Source: Amoebidium appalachense
Taxonomy: Eukaryota > Protista > Ichthyosporea
Direction of reading: 5' to 3'
NCBI GenBank assembly: GCA_963693365.1
Contig: CAVNZM010000001.1
Coordinates: 12,882,418 to 12,946,417, forward strand
Length of the DNA: 64,000 nt
Positions 38,658-51,406 of this stretch are shown here, in pieces. Position numbers and translations under genes: made by a program. The notes under the pieces were generated by a model that searched no databases, had not been told where the DNA came from, and saw only the letters and a list, made by a program, of their open reading frames with translations. Numbering within the stretch: the stretch's first letter is position 1; each line of letters opens with the position of its first letter.

Positions 38658-39044
38658 CAGGGCCCCGGGGGGTTAGAGTAGGGCAGCTGGGCCCGAGGGA
38701 GGGTTTGCAGGGAGGGCAGCGGGGCCCTGTGCAGGGGATGCCCGAGCACGCGCGGGTGTGGGCGTACACAGAGTTAGAAGAAGGGGGGGGGAGGGAGTGT
38801 TAGGTGAGTGTAAAGGGGGGGAGGCTCGTGGGATGGGGGGGGGGAGTAAAATTATGTGCAGTGGCCAGAATAACATCTTTGTGTAGGGACATTTATTCTT
38901 GGCGCGCGCGGGCGCCGTAGTTGGCCTGCGAAAATTTCTACTCAGCCCTAGTGCCCCGTTTGTCCCGAGCTCCGTGTCCTTGGACCCGTGTAACCTAGCT
39001 CCTAGCCCCTATGTTCTATCTGTGGGTGTGGGTGTGTGCGTAGA

Positions 39045-40205
39045 CTAGGCATTGTGCTTGCAGTCTTTGCAGGGTAGTGTGCCAGAGCAGAGCGGGCACA
39101 CGTGGGAGAAGGGGCAGGGCTGCTTAGCGCAGGACCGACCGTTGTGGAAATTCCTGCAGTGTGTCGCGGGTAGATCCACGGGTCGGGCCGGTGGTGCCGG
39201 GCCGGGTTGCGGGCCGGGTCGGTTGGGGGTTTGTCCCCCGCCGGGCTTGTGGGGCGGCTCGAAACCATCAAGACCACAGCCGGGCTTGGGGTACATGGGG
39301 CAGGCCGCGCTGGGGTGGTCGGGGAAGCCGCAGCGCTGACATGCGTCCGGGATGAGCAGAGTGGGTGGCAGGAGGAGATCCTGGTGGAGTTGGGCGAGCA
39401 GGTTGGGACACTCGATCGGAGCCCGACCCTGTTGGTGGGCAACGGTTCGGGCGTATACGTCATAGTTGTGGATCTGGGCCCACGGGTATCGGGTGCTGAG
39501 GCGAGTGATGTGCTGAGTCCAAAGTACTTCTTTGTCCGTGGGGAGGCCGAGGTGGTGCTTGGCGGCCATGTAATGGGTCCAAGCTTGGATCCAAATGACG
39601 AGTGAACGCAAGGGAACGGGTTTGTCTTGGCGAAAAGTCTCGATGCTGCCGTCGTCGGTCATGCGCAGATGCTGACCTTTCTTGGATGGGGCCAGGAGGG
39701 CGGCGGGGGTGAACTTATACAGGTCGACGAAACGATTGGCGCGCAAATCTGCCAGCACATCCGCGGGGGGAAGCGGGAGTGTGCCCGGCTGAATGTCGCC
39801 AGTGTTCTCACCTGTAATGGGGGGCACGGGCAGGGCAGGTAGATCCAGGTCAGGGCCGAGATGCAGCCCCAGGGAAACCTCCCCGGGTGCGGAGGGCGCG
39901 GCGGGGGGCGCTGGAGGGTTGCGGTTGGTGAGAGCGGCCAGGACGCCAGCCATCTGGGTGCTGATGGCGGTGAGGGCGGCAAGGACGGCGTCCTGAGAAG
40001 TCATCGGCGGGGACGGTGGGACCTGAGGAGGGACTTCCGGAGTAGAGGGGAGAGTAGCCGGAGGGTCCGTGGTGGTATGGGCCGCTGGAGGCGCGTCAGT
40101 GCCCGCGGGAGCGTTGGTCAGCCTGTGGCGGAGGTCGCTGCGGGTCAGGCGCTTAGGTGCCGCGGTAGAGGCGGCGGCTGAGGCCTGGCGCTTTTTTGGC
40201 GGCAT
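39045..40205 (-). CDS. gag: Gag-like protein of Ngaro copy 1
   Basis: Open ORF MPPKKR.. with CQRCGFPDHPSAAC knuckle and C-terminal Cys/His cluster. Confidence 0.85.
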   Translation of the reverse strand: MPPKKRQASAAASTAAPKRLTRSDLRHRLTNAPAGTDAPPAAHTTTDPPATLPSTPEVPPQVPPSPPMTSQDAVLAALTAISTQMAGVLAALTNRNPPAPPAAPSAPGEVSLGLHLGPDLDLPALPVPPITGENTGDIQPGTLPLPPADVLADLRANRFVDLYKFTPAALLAPSKKGQHLRMTDDGSIETFRQDKPVPLRSLVIWIQAWTHYMAAKHHLGLPTDKEVLWTQHITRLSTRYPWAQIHNYDVYARTVAHQQGRAPIECPNLLAQLHQDLLLPPTLLIPDACQRCGFPDHPSAACPMYPKPGCGLDGFEPPHKPGGGQTPNRPGPQPGPAPPARPVDLPATHCRNFHNGRSCAKQPCPFSHVCPLCSGTLPCKDCKHNA

Positions 40206-41129
40206 GCTGACCGGCGTAGGGAAAGATAGGGAGAAGAAAAAGGAAAATATAGCTGTAAAGCTGTAGGTGCTAAACACAGAAGATGTGTTTGTTGCTTGCT
40301 GATCTGCTAAAAACTGTCGTGCTTATATACCTAAGGCTACCGAACTGAGCCAATCAAAATCGATCTAGTGTTATGTGAAATCTGATCCTGAGCCAATCAA
40401 ACTCGGTCTAGTGATCTGTGGAATCTGATGTTTTGATCGGCTAATAGGTGCCCGTATGCGGGCAGCCGAACGCGAACTGCTAAAACATGAAACGAAGCCT
40501 GTTGATATCGGACACCCATCCTACGCGTTTACCCAGAAAAATATTTATGTCAATAATTTCCACAAATAAAACCGATACCACTATCATTAGACAGATATGT
40601 GTAATATAGATGTTAATAATTTTCTTGTAAAATTGTAAATAATAACTGGTGGCACGGCCTTCTGGATACATATAACAATGGATGTTCTATGGGGGTTTCG
40701 TGGGAATGCTGGCATACTTGAAAGAGAATACATAAGAGAACGAATCGGATGCTGAGGGAAATTTTTACAAGTGGCTAAAACCCCTAGATCACAAAGACCA
40801 AATCAATTGCTGCCCATTTCGGACTAGATATAACTCAAACTCATCAATATATCCATATGGCATATCCCACAGAACATAAAAACAGCTACAGCTCCCTAAT
40901 TAAAAATGCTAGCAGCCTGAAACTTTGCACACCCATCAAACACACCAAGGCCTACACCATGCTACTACTACGAATTTTACAGCACACTCGCAACACACAA
41001 TTTCACTCCAACTGGGCTATCTAATTCTCCTGCAAAGAAAACACGTTTACAAACTAAATATTTTATGGGGGTTTCGTGGGAATGCTGGCATACTTGAAAG
41101 AGAATACATAAGAGAACGAATCGGATGCT

Positions 41130-41650
41130 GAGGGGGTACAACAACTAGCAGAGTTTGTTGGTGCCTGGAACGGCAGGGGATTATAGTAGGGATAATTAGA
41201 CCCCCCACACAGAGAAACTGCCTAATGCAAAGTTTGGTTGTGCTCCCAACAATCCCCTGCACGTTATTAACTGTTGAATCCCCCCCTTTTCCCTATGTAT
41301 TATAGCGCATTTTACCTAATATGGATGTACAACGGTTAATAACTTTCCCCACAGAAATGGGGAGACAGTCCGACCGGTTTTGTTAGACCCCCCACACAGA
41401 GACACTCCCTCATGCTAAGTTTGGTTGTGCCCCCATCAATTCCCTGCACGTTATTAACCGGTGAATTCCCCCCCTTTCCCTATGTATTACAGCGCATTTT
41501 GCCTAATATGGACGTACAACGGTCAATAACTTTTCCCACAGAAATGGGGGGACAGTCCGACCGGTTTTGTTACATCACCCACACAGAGACACTGCCCAAT
41601 GCAAAGTTTGGTTGGGCCCCCATCAATCCCCTGCACGTTATTAACCGTGC
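41130..41650. repeat. Degenerate ~186-bp tandem repeat (about 2.5 units); a 70-bp direct repeat at ~40688 and ~41064 lies just upstream
   Basis: cccacacagag..atgc(a/t)aagtttggttg..ccctgcacgttattaac repeated three times. Confidence 0.8.
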
Positions 41651-42492
41651 AAATGTATTCATCTTGTAGTATCCACCTTTCAGTGGTCACATGTCTACGG
41701 TGTAATAAAGATGTCCAAACATAGTCCATGAGACGCCTTATGTATCCATGGGCCATCCCCAAGACTGTAACAATACCATCCATATTACAGTAACTGTCGT
41801 AAAACGATATATCGTACGGTACAAACGGTCGTAAGACGATACATATTATCGTCGACATGTGGACTACGACATACAAACATGCTCGCAGGATATCGTAGAT
41901 TTCACCATAATTTGGAGTACTAGTACTCACCTGCAAAATGAATGCATGCAGAGTTCTTGTTGGTCATATGATACGGCATCCTGCAGTAGTATTTGTGTGC
42001 ACGCTCCCAGCTCTCAGCTGACTCCATCGGGCCAAAGAGGCGATAGTCGTCAGAATAATGCACACCAGCATGGAATTTCGATGTTTTGAGTTCGTTCTTG
42101 GTGGAGTCCTTGAAGCACTCGTACGCAGCTTTGCCGAACCTGCGTTTTTTGTTGGTGATATTACTTTACAATATAATGCACTAGAGCGGCACGGAGTCCA
42201 TTACCAAATGGAGAAAGTTCTGCCATCGTTACCTGTAGGATCTATACACCTAGACATGTGCAGGGGGGGGGGGGGGTCGTAGTGAGAAGGAGGGAAGACA
42301 GGGGGGGTTGGGTGGGGGGACGGGGGGGGGGGGGGGGGGGGGGGGGGGGCGGCAGACACGTACGTTCTGTAAAGCTCGTTCATCTGGTTGAGTGAGTCCT
42401 TTTCTATAATGTATTTCCATTGATATATTTACACATAATCGCCACATTCATTACCGGTGCGCCATGATAAACACATGGCCGGCTTATCATTG

Positions 42493-42531
<39 letters not shown>

Positions 42532-42658
42532 ACACACACAGCATTCGATACCGTCCAATCTTGTTCTCACCAATGCATCCACATGCTCGCACACAATGCA
42601 GAAACATGCACTCACACACACGCACGCACAGGCACACCAGGACACACACACACACCAG

Positions 42659-42769
<111 letters not shown>

Positions 42770-42964
42770 AACACACACACACACATTTACAGAGAGACAC
42801 ACACACATATGCACACACACGGTGCATTTCCTCCCCTCCCATTCCCTCTCCACAGAGCACACACACACACACACCGTGACGCGCACACATGCACACACAC
42901 GGTGCATCCCCCTGGGCCCCCCCCCCCTTCCCTCTCAACCGAGCACATACACACACACATACAT

Positions 42965-43003
<39 letters not shown>

Positions 43004-43198
43004 ACATGCACACACATGCACACATGCACACATGCACACATGCATGGACACGAATCCCCCCCTTCCCCTTCCCTCTCCACCGAGCACATGCACAGTGTGT
43101 GTGTGTGCATGTCTGTGCATGCACACATGCACAGACATGCACACACACACACACACCACACACGACGCACACAGACATGCACACACACACAAACACAC

Positions 43199-43256
<58 letters not shown>

Positions 43257-43447
43257 CACACACACGGTGCATTTCCCCCCTCCCCTTCCCCTCTCCACAG
43301 AGCACACACACACACACGTGCACACATGCACACACACGGTGCATCCCCCCTCCCTCCCCCCTTCCCTTTCAACTGAGCACATACACACACACAGACATGC
43401 ACACACACACAACATACACAGACATCCACACATCAGACACAGACACG

Positions 43448-43485
<38 letters not shown>

Positions 43486-43793
43486 CACATATGCACACAC
43501 AGACACACACACATGCACATGCACACTCACATATGCACACACACACACATCCGCAAACACGCACACACACACACACATACGGATATGCACACACACACAC
43601 TGTCTCTCTCTCTTTCTCTCCCTCAATCCCCACCCTCCGTCCCCCCCCCCCTCCCTCCCTCCCTCCCAACCATCCCTCCCCTCCCTTCCTCCGTCTCTCC
43701 CACCCTCCCACCCTCCCCCCTCCCTCCCTCCCTCCCCAACCATCCCTCCCTCCCTCCCTCCGTCCCTCCCTCCCTCCGTCCCTCCCTCCCTCC

Positions 43794-43836
<43 letters not shown>

Positions 43837-44224
43837 CACACACACACATGCACATGCACATGCACATGCACATGCACACTCACATATGCACTACACACAC
43901 ACGCAAAACACACACACACACACACATACAGACATGCACACACTCAGTCATGTACCAGTGGGATTGATGCTGTTTACTCCATGTACCAGTGTGTCGATTG
44001 ATTACGCTAATATTAGATCTATGTTTAGCTGTGTATTGTTTTGGTTTTATTTGTGGAAATTATTGACATAAATATTTTTCTGGGTAAACACGTAGGATGG
44101 GTGTTCGATACCAACACAACCATGTAGGCTTCATTTCGTGTTTTAGCAGTTAGCGGTTGGCTGCCCGCACACGGGCACCTATTAGCCAGTCAAAACATCA
44201 GATACCACAGATCACTAGACCGAG

Positions 44225-44310
44225 TTATGATTGGCTCGGATCAGATTTCACATATCACTAGATCGATTTTTGATTGGCTCAGATCGGTAGGCTTAGGTAT
44301 ATAAGCACGA
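44225..44310 (+). promoter_or_regulatory. Putative Pol II promoter in repeat A (two reverse CCAAT boxes and TATATAAG)
   Basis: GATTGGCT twice, then TATATAAG about 120 bp upstream of the gag ATG. Confidence 0.5.
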
Positions 44311-44421
44311 CAGTTTTTAGCAGATCAGCAAGCTACAAACACATCTTCTGTGTTTAGCATCCACAGCCTTACAGCTATATATTCCTTTTCATTCTCCCTA
44401 TCTTTCCCTACGCCGGTCAGC

Positions 44422-45591
44422 ATGCCGCCGAAAAAGCGCCAGGCCTCAGCCGCCGCCCCTGCCGCGGCACCTAAGCGCCTGACCCGCAGCGACCTCCGCC
44501 ACAGGCTGACCAACGCTCCCGCGGACACTGACGCGCCTCCAGCGGCCCATACCACCACGGACCCGGACCCGCCGGCTACTCTCCCCTCCACTCCTGAAGT
44601 TCCCCCTCAGGCCCCGCCGTCCCCGCAGATGACTTCTCAAGACGCCGTCCTGGCCGCCCTCACCGCCATCAGCACCCAGATGGCTGGCGTCCTGGCTGCT
44701 CTCACCAACCGCGACCCTCCCGCGCCCCCCGCCGCGCCCTCCACACCCGGGGAGGTTTCCCCGGGGCTGCATCTCGGCCCTGACCTAGACCTACCTGCCC
44801 TGCCCGCGCCCCCCATCACAGGTGAGAACACTGGCGACATTCAGCCGGGCACACTCCCGCTTCCCCCCGCGGATGTGCTGGCAGATTTGCGCGCCAATCG
44901 TTTCGTCGATCTGTATAAGTTCACCCCCGCCGCCCTCCTGGCCCCATCCAAGAAAGGTCAGCATCTGCGCATGGCCGACGACGGCAGCATCGAGACTTTT
45001 CGCCAAGACAAACCCGTTCCCCTGCGTTCACTCGTCATTTGGATCCAAGCTTGGACCCATTACATGGCCGCCAAGCACCACCTCGGCCTTCCCACGGACA
45101 AAGACGTACTTTGGACTCAGCACATCACTCGCCTCAGCACCCGATACCCGTGGGCCCAGATCCACAACTATGACGTATACGCCCGCACCGTTGCCCACCA
45201 GCAGGGTCGGGCTCCGATCGAGTGCCCCAACCTGCTCGCCCAACTCCACCAGGATCTCCTCCTGCCACCCACTCTGCTCATCCCGGACGCATGTCAGCGC
45301 TGTGGCTTCCCCGACCACCCCAGCGCGGCCTGCCCCATGTACCCCAAGCCCGGCTGTGGTCTTGACGGCTTTAAGCCGCCCCACAAGCCCGGCGGGGGTC
45401 ACACCCCGAACCGCCCTGGCCCGCAACCCGGCCCGGCAAAACCGGCCCGACCCGTGGATCTACCCGCGACGCACTGCAGGAATTTCCACATTAACGGTCG
45501 GTCCTGCGCTAAGCAGCCCTGCCCCTTCTCCCACGTGTGCCCGCTCTGCTCTGGCACACACCCCCGCAAAGACTGCAAGCACAATGCCTAG
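44422..45591 (+). CDS. gag: Gag-like protein of Ngaro copy 2
   Basis: Intact ORF with CCHC knuckle and CRNFH..C....C.FSHVC..C..H....C. Confidence 0.88.
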   Translation: MPPKKRQASAAAPAAAPKRLTRSDLRHRLTNAPADTDAPPAAHTTTDPDPPATLPSTPEVPPQAPPSPQMTSQDAVLAALTAISTQMAGVLAALTNRDPPAPPAAPSTPGEVSPGLHLGPDLDLPALPAPPITGENTGDIQPGTLPLPPADVLADLRANRFVDLYKFTPAALLAPSKKGQHLRMADDGSIETFRQDKPVPLRSLVIWIQAWTHYMAAKHHLGLPTDKDVLWTQHITRLSTRYPWAQIHNYDVYARTVAHQQGRAPIECPNLLAQLHQDLLLPPTLLIPDACQRCGFPDHPSAACPMYPKPGCGLDGFKPPHKPGGGHTPNRPGPQPGPAKPARPVDLPATHCRNFHINGRSCAKQPCPFSHVCPLCSGTHPRKDCKHNA

Positions 45592-45894
45592 TCTACGCGC
45601 ACACCCACACACACAGCTAGAACATAGGGGTTAGGAGCTAGGACACACGAGTACAGGGAAACGGAGCTCGGGAGAACGGGCCAATAGGGCTGAGTACAAA
45701 ATTTCGCAGGCCAACTACGGCGCCCGCGCGCGTCACGAATAAATGTCCCTACACAAAGACGTTTATTCTGGCCACTGCACATAATTTTACTCCCCCCCCC
45801 ATCCCACGAGCCTCCCCCCCCCCTTACACTCACCTAGCACTCCCTCCCCCCCCCCCCCCCCTTCTTCTACCGCTGTGTCCGCCCACACCCCCGC

Positions 45895-45989
45895 GTGCTC
45901 GGGCACATTCCCCTGCACAGGGCCCCGCTGCCCTCCCTGCCAACCCTCACTTGGGCCCAGCTGCCCTACTCTAACCCCCCGGGGCCCTG

Positions 45990-46026
<37 letters not shown>

Positions 46027-47709
46027 CTGCCGGGATCTCCCCAAGGGCACACCACCCTTGCTAACCACCCCTTCCCCCGAGGCTCAGACCCGGTGGCCCG
46101 CCCGCTGCCCCAGCACCACATTGACACCTCCCGCCTCCGGGAACTGCTGGCCTCCTACCCGGACCAACCATTCGCCGCACAACTCCTCCACGATGTCGAA
46201 TTCGGCGTCGACATCGGCTATCGCGGCCCCTCCACCTCTCGGGTGGGCCCCAACCTACCCACCACCCCGGAGGCAGCTGCCGCTATCACGGTGGATATTG
46301 CCAAAGAAGTCGCCCTCGGCCACCTGCGCGGCCCCCTCTCCCCGGCCCAATTCTTTGACGAATTTCCCGTCCACCGTTCCTCCCCCATCGGCGCCGTTAC
46401 CAAGAAAGGGAACCCCCCCAAGTACCGTCGAATCCACCACCTCTCCTGGCCCCGGGGTAGCAGTGTCAATGACAGCATCACCTACCCCGACGAACTTCAG
46501 TACATTCGCGCCCGGGATGTCACCCAACTCATTCTCGACGCAGGCCCCGGCTGCTACATGGCCGTGGCAGATGTGCAGGCTGCCTTCCGGCACATGCCCA
46601 TCCGACCGGAAGACCACCACTTAATGGCATTCAAATGGCAAGGGCATTTTTACGTTGAAACCAGACTGCCCTTCGGCCTGAAATCTAGCCCAGCCATTTG
46701 GGAACGGATCGCGGCCACCCTACAGTGGCTGGCACACCAGCACGGTATTACCCTCATCCGCCACTACGTAGACGACTGGATTATAGTCGCCCCCACACAA
46801 GAGCAGTGCCAACGTCACCTATCCACCTTCCTGCAACTCTGCCGAGAGCTGCACATTGCCATCTCCGAAGACAAGATGCAGGGCCCGGCTACCCGTGTCG
46901 TCTTCATCGGTATCGAATTCGACTCCATCGCCATGGAGGCACGAATCCCGGCTTCCAAGCTCTCGGACCTACTCGACCTCACTTCCCACCCAAAGCCCAC
47001 CATCACCATTCGGGACCTCCAGTCCCTCCTCGGCAAACTCACCTGGTGTGCCCAGCTGGTTCCCCCCGGGAGGGCCTTCTCCCAGCGCCTATGGGCCCTT
47101 CTCCGAACCCACCCACACCTTGCCGGCCACCACCACATACGACTGACTGCTGCCGCCCGGGCCGACATAGCCGAATGGCACCAGTTCCTCACATCATGGA
47201 ATGGGGTGCACCTCATCACACCCCCCACATACACCACCCTGGCCACTGATGCTGCCGGATCGGTGGGTCTAGGTGGCCACTGGCTCGACCAATGGTTCTT
47301 CATGCCCTGGTCCCCCTCCACCCAAGCCCTCTATGCTCATGAGGGCAAACTCGGTTCTTCCGTCATCGAACTCCTGGCCATCGCAGCCGCCGTGGCCCTC
47401 TGGGCCCCCTCCTGGTCCACCCACCATGTCCGTATTTTATGCGACAACACGGGTGCTGTGTCTGACCTGCACTCCCGGTCTTCCCCCCACCCCGTGATGG
47501 CCAAACTTATTCGGTTCATCACCCGCATGGAAATGCAATACCAATTTACGTTACAGGCATCCTACCTACCAGGACCCCTCAACCATCTGGCCGATGCCAT
47601 TTCTCGTAACCAACTTCCCCGGGCCCGACGACTCCGACCTTCCCTGCAACCGGAGCCCTGCCCCTTCCCCTCCTGGGTCCACGAGTTCCTATCCCTTCCC
47701 TTGGGCTAA
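45895..47709 (+). CDS. pol: Reverse transcriptase / RNase H of Ngaro copy 2 (true start probably further upstream)
   Basis: KYRRIHHLS.P, DVQAAFRH.P, LPFGLKSSP, YVDD, TDAAG, ELLAI, CDN, N.LADAISR. Confidence 0.95.
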
Positions 47710-47736
47710 CCCCCCCCCCCCCCCCCCCCCCCCCAG

Positions 47737-48798
47737 ATCTCCCGTTCCGGAGCAACACTGGCAGATTGGCCCCCCACTTTGCTCCGGCCGAGCTGCTTCG
47801 AGCCACCACTACCCTGCAGGAATGCCAGGCCCTGAGTCTCAACCTCGACTCTCGGGCCTTTTACTCCCGGGTGCAAAAAGTGTTCATCGATTTCTGTGTG
47901 GCATCTCGGCTGCAATCCTCCTCCGGGTCCTCCCTCCCGGCCTCCCCACACACCGTGCAACTTTTTCTCGCCTGGTGTGCCCAACGAGGGGTACAGGCCT
48001 CTTCCTTAACCGGCTACAATTCGGCCATCACCAGGCTCCACCTCGACATGGGCCTCCCTGCTCCCTACCCCCACGACAAGTCTCTGGCCTGGTTCCTACG
48101 GGGGGTAGGCCGATGGCAGCTTTCTCACAACATCCGACCCCGCTCATCCACCAGGGAACCCCTCCTCCCCTCCCACCTCCGCCTACTCCATGGCCAGTGC
48201 CCCACCAAGGCCTCCTCGGCCAATCTCCGGCTATGGACGGCCCTCATCGTCGGTTTCTGTGGTCTCCTCCGTTCAGGGGAATTTACCTCCAAGACCCTGA
48301 CTTCTTTCGACCCGTCCCGTCACGTTAAACGGAAGGACGTGACCTTCAGCTACACCCCCACCGGTACTTTGTCCCATGCCACCCTCCACCTGCCAACCTC
48401 TAAGACGGATGTACAGGCCCGAGGTGTCAACGTCACCCTAGCTGCCCTGCCCCTCACCCACTTCTCCCCAGCCCATCTCCTCCGGCAGTTCCTGGATACA
48501 ACGTCCGGTCAACCCGACGACCCCCTCTTCAGTCTCGGTGGCATCCCCTACACCAAGAGTGCTTTCTCTGCCGATTTCCGTGCCCTCCTCTCCCGGGCAG
48601 GCCTCTCACCCTCCCGGTTTGCCGGACACAGCCTCCGCATCGGGGGGGGCCACAGCACTGGCTGAGGCCGGGGTCGACGACTCCCGGATCAAACAACTCG
48701 GCCGGTGGTCCTCCGACTGCTTCCTGATCTATACCCGACTTCGTCCGGCCTCCATTGCTGCCACCACCACACGTGTATTCGCCTCTCTTCTTAAGTGA
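47737..48798 (+). CDS. Tyrosine recombinase of Ngaro copy 2 (+1 frameshift in the G-run near 48645)
   Basis: LLRSGE, SKTD, HSLRIGG, then ATALAEAG..LGRWSS..Y in the next frame. Confidence 0.88.
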
Positions 48799-49655
48799 AA
48801 CCTTTGGAGCAAGCATACTGCTCTCGTGCCGTGGTTTACAACCATTGCAGGTTCACTTTCGTCCAAGGGGATGTCCCCCTAGAGGCAACACACGTCCCGG
48901 AGTAGTTTTCATAGAGGTTTTATTTGTGGAAATTATTGACATAAATATTTTTCTGGGTAAACACGTAGGATGGGTGTTCGATACCAACACAACCATGTAG
49001 GCTTCATTTCGTGTTTTAGCAGTTAGCGGTTGGCTGCCCGCACACGGGCACCTATTAGCCAGTCAAAACATCAGATACCACAGATCACTAGACCGAGTTA
49101 TGATTGGCTCGGATCAGATTTCACATATCACTAGATCGATTTTTGATTGGCTCAGATCGGTAGGCTTAGGTATATAAGCACGACAGTTTTTAGCAGATCA
49201 GCAAGCTACAAACACATCTTCTGTGTTTAGCATCCACAGCCTTACAGCTATATATTCCTTTTCACCCACCCACCTACACCCACACACAACCCCCATTGAT
49301 CCACACATACGTGCTGTTTTTTCACGGGGCGAAGACTTCCCCCGTTTTTTGGGCACATGGACCTCACGGATCAATAAATTGATGACTGGGGGCTTGCCGT
49401 GGTTTACAACCATTGCAGGTTCACTTTCGTCCAAGGGGATGTCCCCCTAGAGGCAACACACGTCCCGGAGTAGTTTTCATAGATTCTCCTTTTTGTATTT
49501 AAGGCCTGGCCGGCCTCATATTATAAAATGCTATCTAATCTTACTCGAAATTGAGCTTTTTGGCCTTGAAGGCCGATCTTAATAAAGCACTGTGAATGTC
49601 TCACCTGATGAGGGACTCTATCGATATATCTGCAAAACGTCCCCCCCCCCCCCTT

Positions 49656-49720
<65 letters not shown>

Positions 49721-49969
49721 AAAACAAACAAAAAAGAAAGAAAAAAAGAGCGAGAGAATCCTTGTTTCTCGTATGTTACCAGCACGTAAGCAAGTATTTT
49801 ATTCATTCACAATACATTGTTAGGTATGTGTAGTATATTATGGTGTTAATATTTTTTGGTTTACAATATGGTGTCCACGTTCCCAATATATCGTTATTGT
49901 CGATCAACTACTATGGTAGTATAATGCTATGATGACAATTTGTGCCGCATGATGCGTTACTTATAAGCA

Positions 49970-51290
49970 TCGGGTTTTTTCAATAACTACCCACAGAGTA
50001 GCTTCTACCACGAGAAATTCACCACAAATTATAAGGGGGGATGGTGAATGTGCCCCTGGAGTACGAGGGTCACACGAAAAAAACACAACGTTGTAGCTCG
50101 TATAGAACCCCCCTTGTAGCATAGTCACGGTATATGTACATATGTTACCTAGACATTATTGGGTTTTCAATAACTACCCACAGAACAGCCTCTAGCACGA
50201 GAAATTTACCGCAAAGTTTATGGGGTGGATGGTAAATGTGCCCTTGGAGTACGAGGGTCACACGAAAAAAACACAACGTTGTAGCTCGAATAGAACCCCC
50301 CTCGTAGCATAGTATATGTACATGTGTTACTTACACATTATTGGTGTTTTCAATAACTACCCACAGAACAGCTTCTAGCACGAGAAACTTACCACACAGT
50401 TTATGGGGGGGATGGTGAATGTGCCCCTGGAGTACGAGGGTCACACGAAAAAAACACAACGTTGTAGCTTGTATAGAATCCCCCTTGTAGCATAGTATAT
50501 GCCCATGTGTTACCTAGACATTTTTGGTTTTTTCAATAACTACCCACAGAACAGCCTCTAGCACGAGAAATTTACCACCAAGTTTATGGGGGGGATGGTA
50601 AATGTGCCCCTGGAGTACGAGGGTCACACGAAAAAAACACAACGTTGTAGCTCGAATAGAACCTCCCTTGTAGCATAGTATATGTACATGTGTTACCTAC
50701 ACATTATTGGTTTTTTCAATAACTACCCACAGAACAGCTTCTAGCACGAGAAATTTACCACACAGTTTATGGGGGGGATGGGGAATGTGCCCCTGGAGTA
50801 CGAGGGTCGCACAAAAAAAACACAACGTTGTAGCTCGTATAGAACCCCCCTTGTAGCATAGTATATGTACATATGTTACCTAGACATTATTGGTTTTTCA
50901 ATAACTACTCACAGAACAGCCTCTAGCATGAGAAATTTACCACAAAGTTTGTGGGGGGGATGGTGAATGTGTCCCTGGAGTACGAGGGTCACACGAAAAA
51001 AACACAACGTTGTAGCTCGAATAGAACCCCCCCTTGTAGCATAGTATGTGTACATATGTTACTTACACATTATTGGTTTTTTCAATAACTACCCACAGAA
51101 CAGCTTCTGGCACGAGAACTTTACCACACAGTTTATGGGGGGGATGGTGAGTGTGCCTCTGGAGTACGAGGGTCACACGAGAAAAAAACAACATTGTAGC
51201 CCGGATTGAAACCCCCCTTGTACCATATACATCATATATCATGGAGCATGTGTTACTTTCGCGTTATTGGTTTCCTAGCACGAGATATTC
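49970..51290. repeat. ~183-bp tandem array, 7 units
   Basis: GGAGTACGAGG at 50058, 50246, 50429, 50612, 50795, 50977, 51161. Confidence 0.95.
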
Positions 51291-51360
51291 AGCACACAGT
51301 TGGGGTTGTGGGGGCAGTGTACACCTACAATATCAGGGGTACCGCGCGGCAAAAACAGCC

Positions 51361-51406
<46 letters not shown>

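Larger units (their letters stand above)
36578..40573 (-). mobile_element. Ngaro-type (DIRS order) tyrosine-recombinase retrotransposon, copy 1, RT/RNase H deleted
   Basis: A1-gag-YR-B1-A2-B2 split direct repeats; ends GGTTTTATTTGTGG and TTTTCATAGA; junction AAQLL|RNQL near 38452 removes ~1.4 kb. Confidence 0.92.
44043..49483 (+). mobile_element. Ngaro-type tyrosine-recombinase retrotransposon, copy 2, full length (5441 bp)
   Basis: A1 44043-44391, gag, RT/RNase H, YR, B1 48827-48915, A2 48916-49264, B2 49395-49483; no TSD; no methyltransferase seen. Confidence 0.95.

Noticed and set aside
41930-42470. Minus-strand protein-like fragment (..RFGKAAYECFKDS..SACIHFA before a GTGAGT donor)
   Set aside because: Contains stops and no family was recognised; too weak to call
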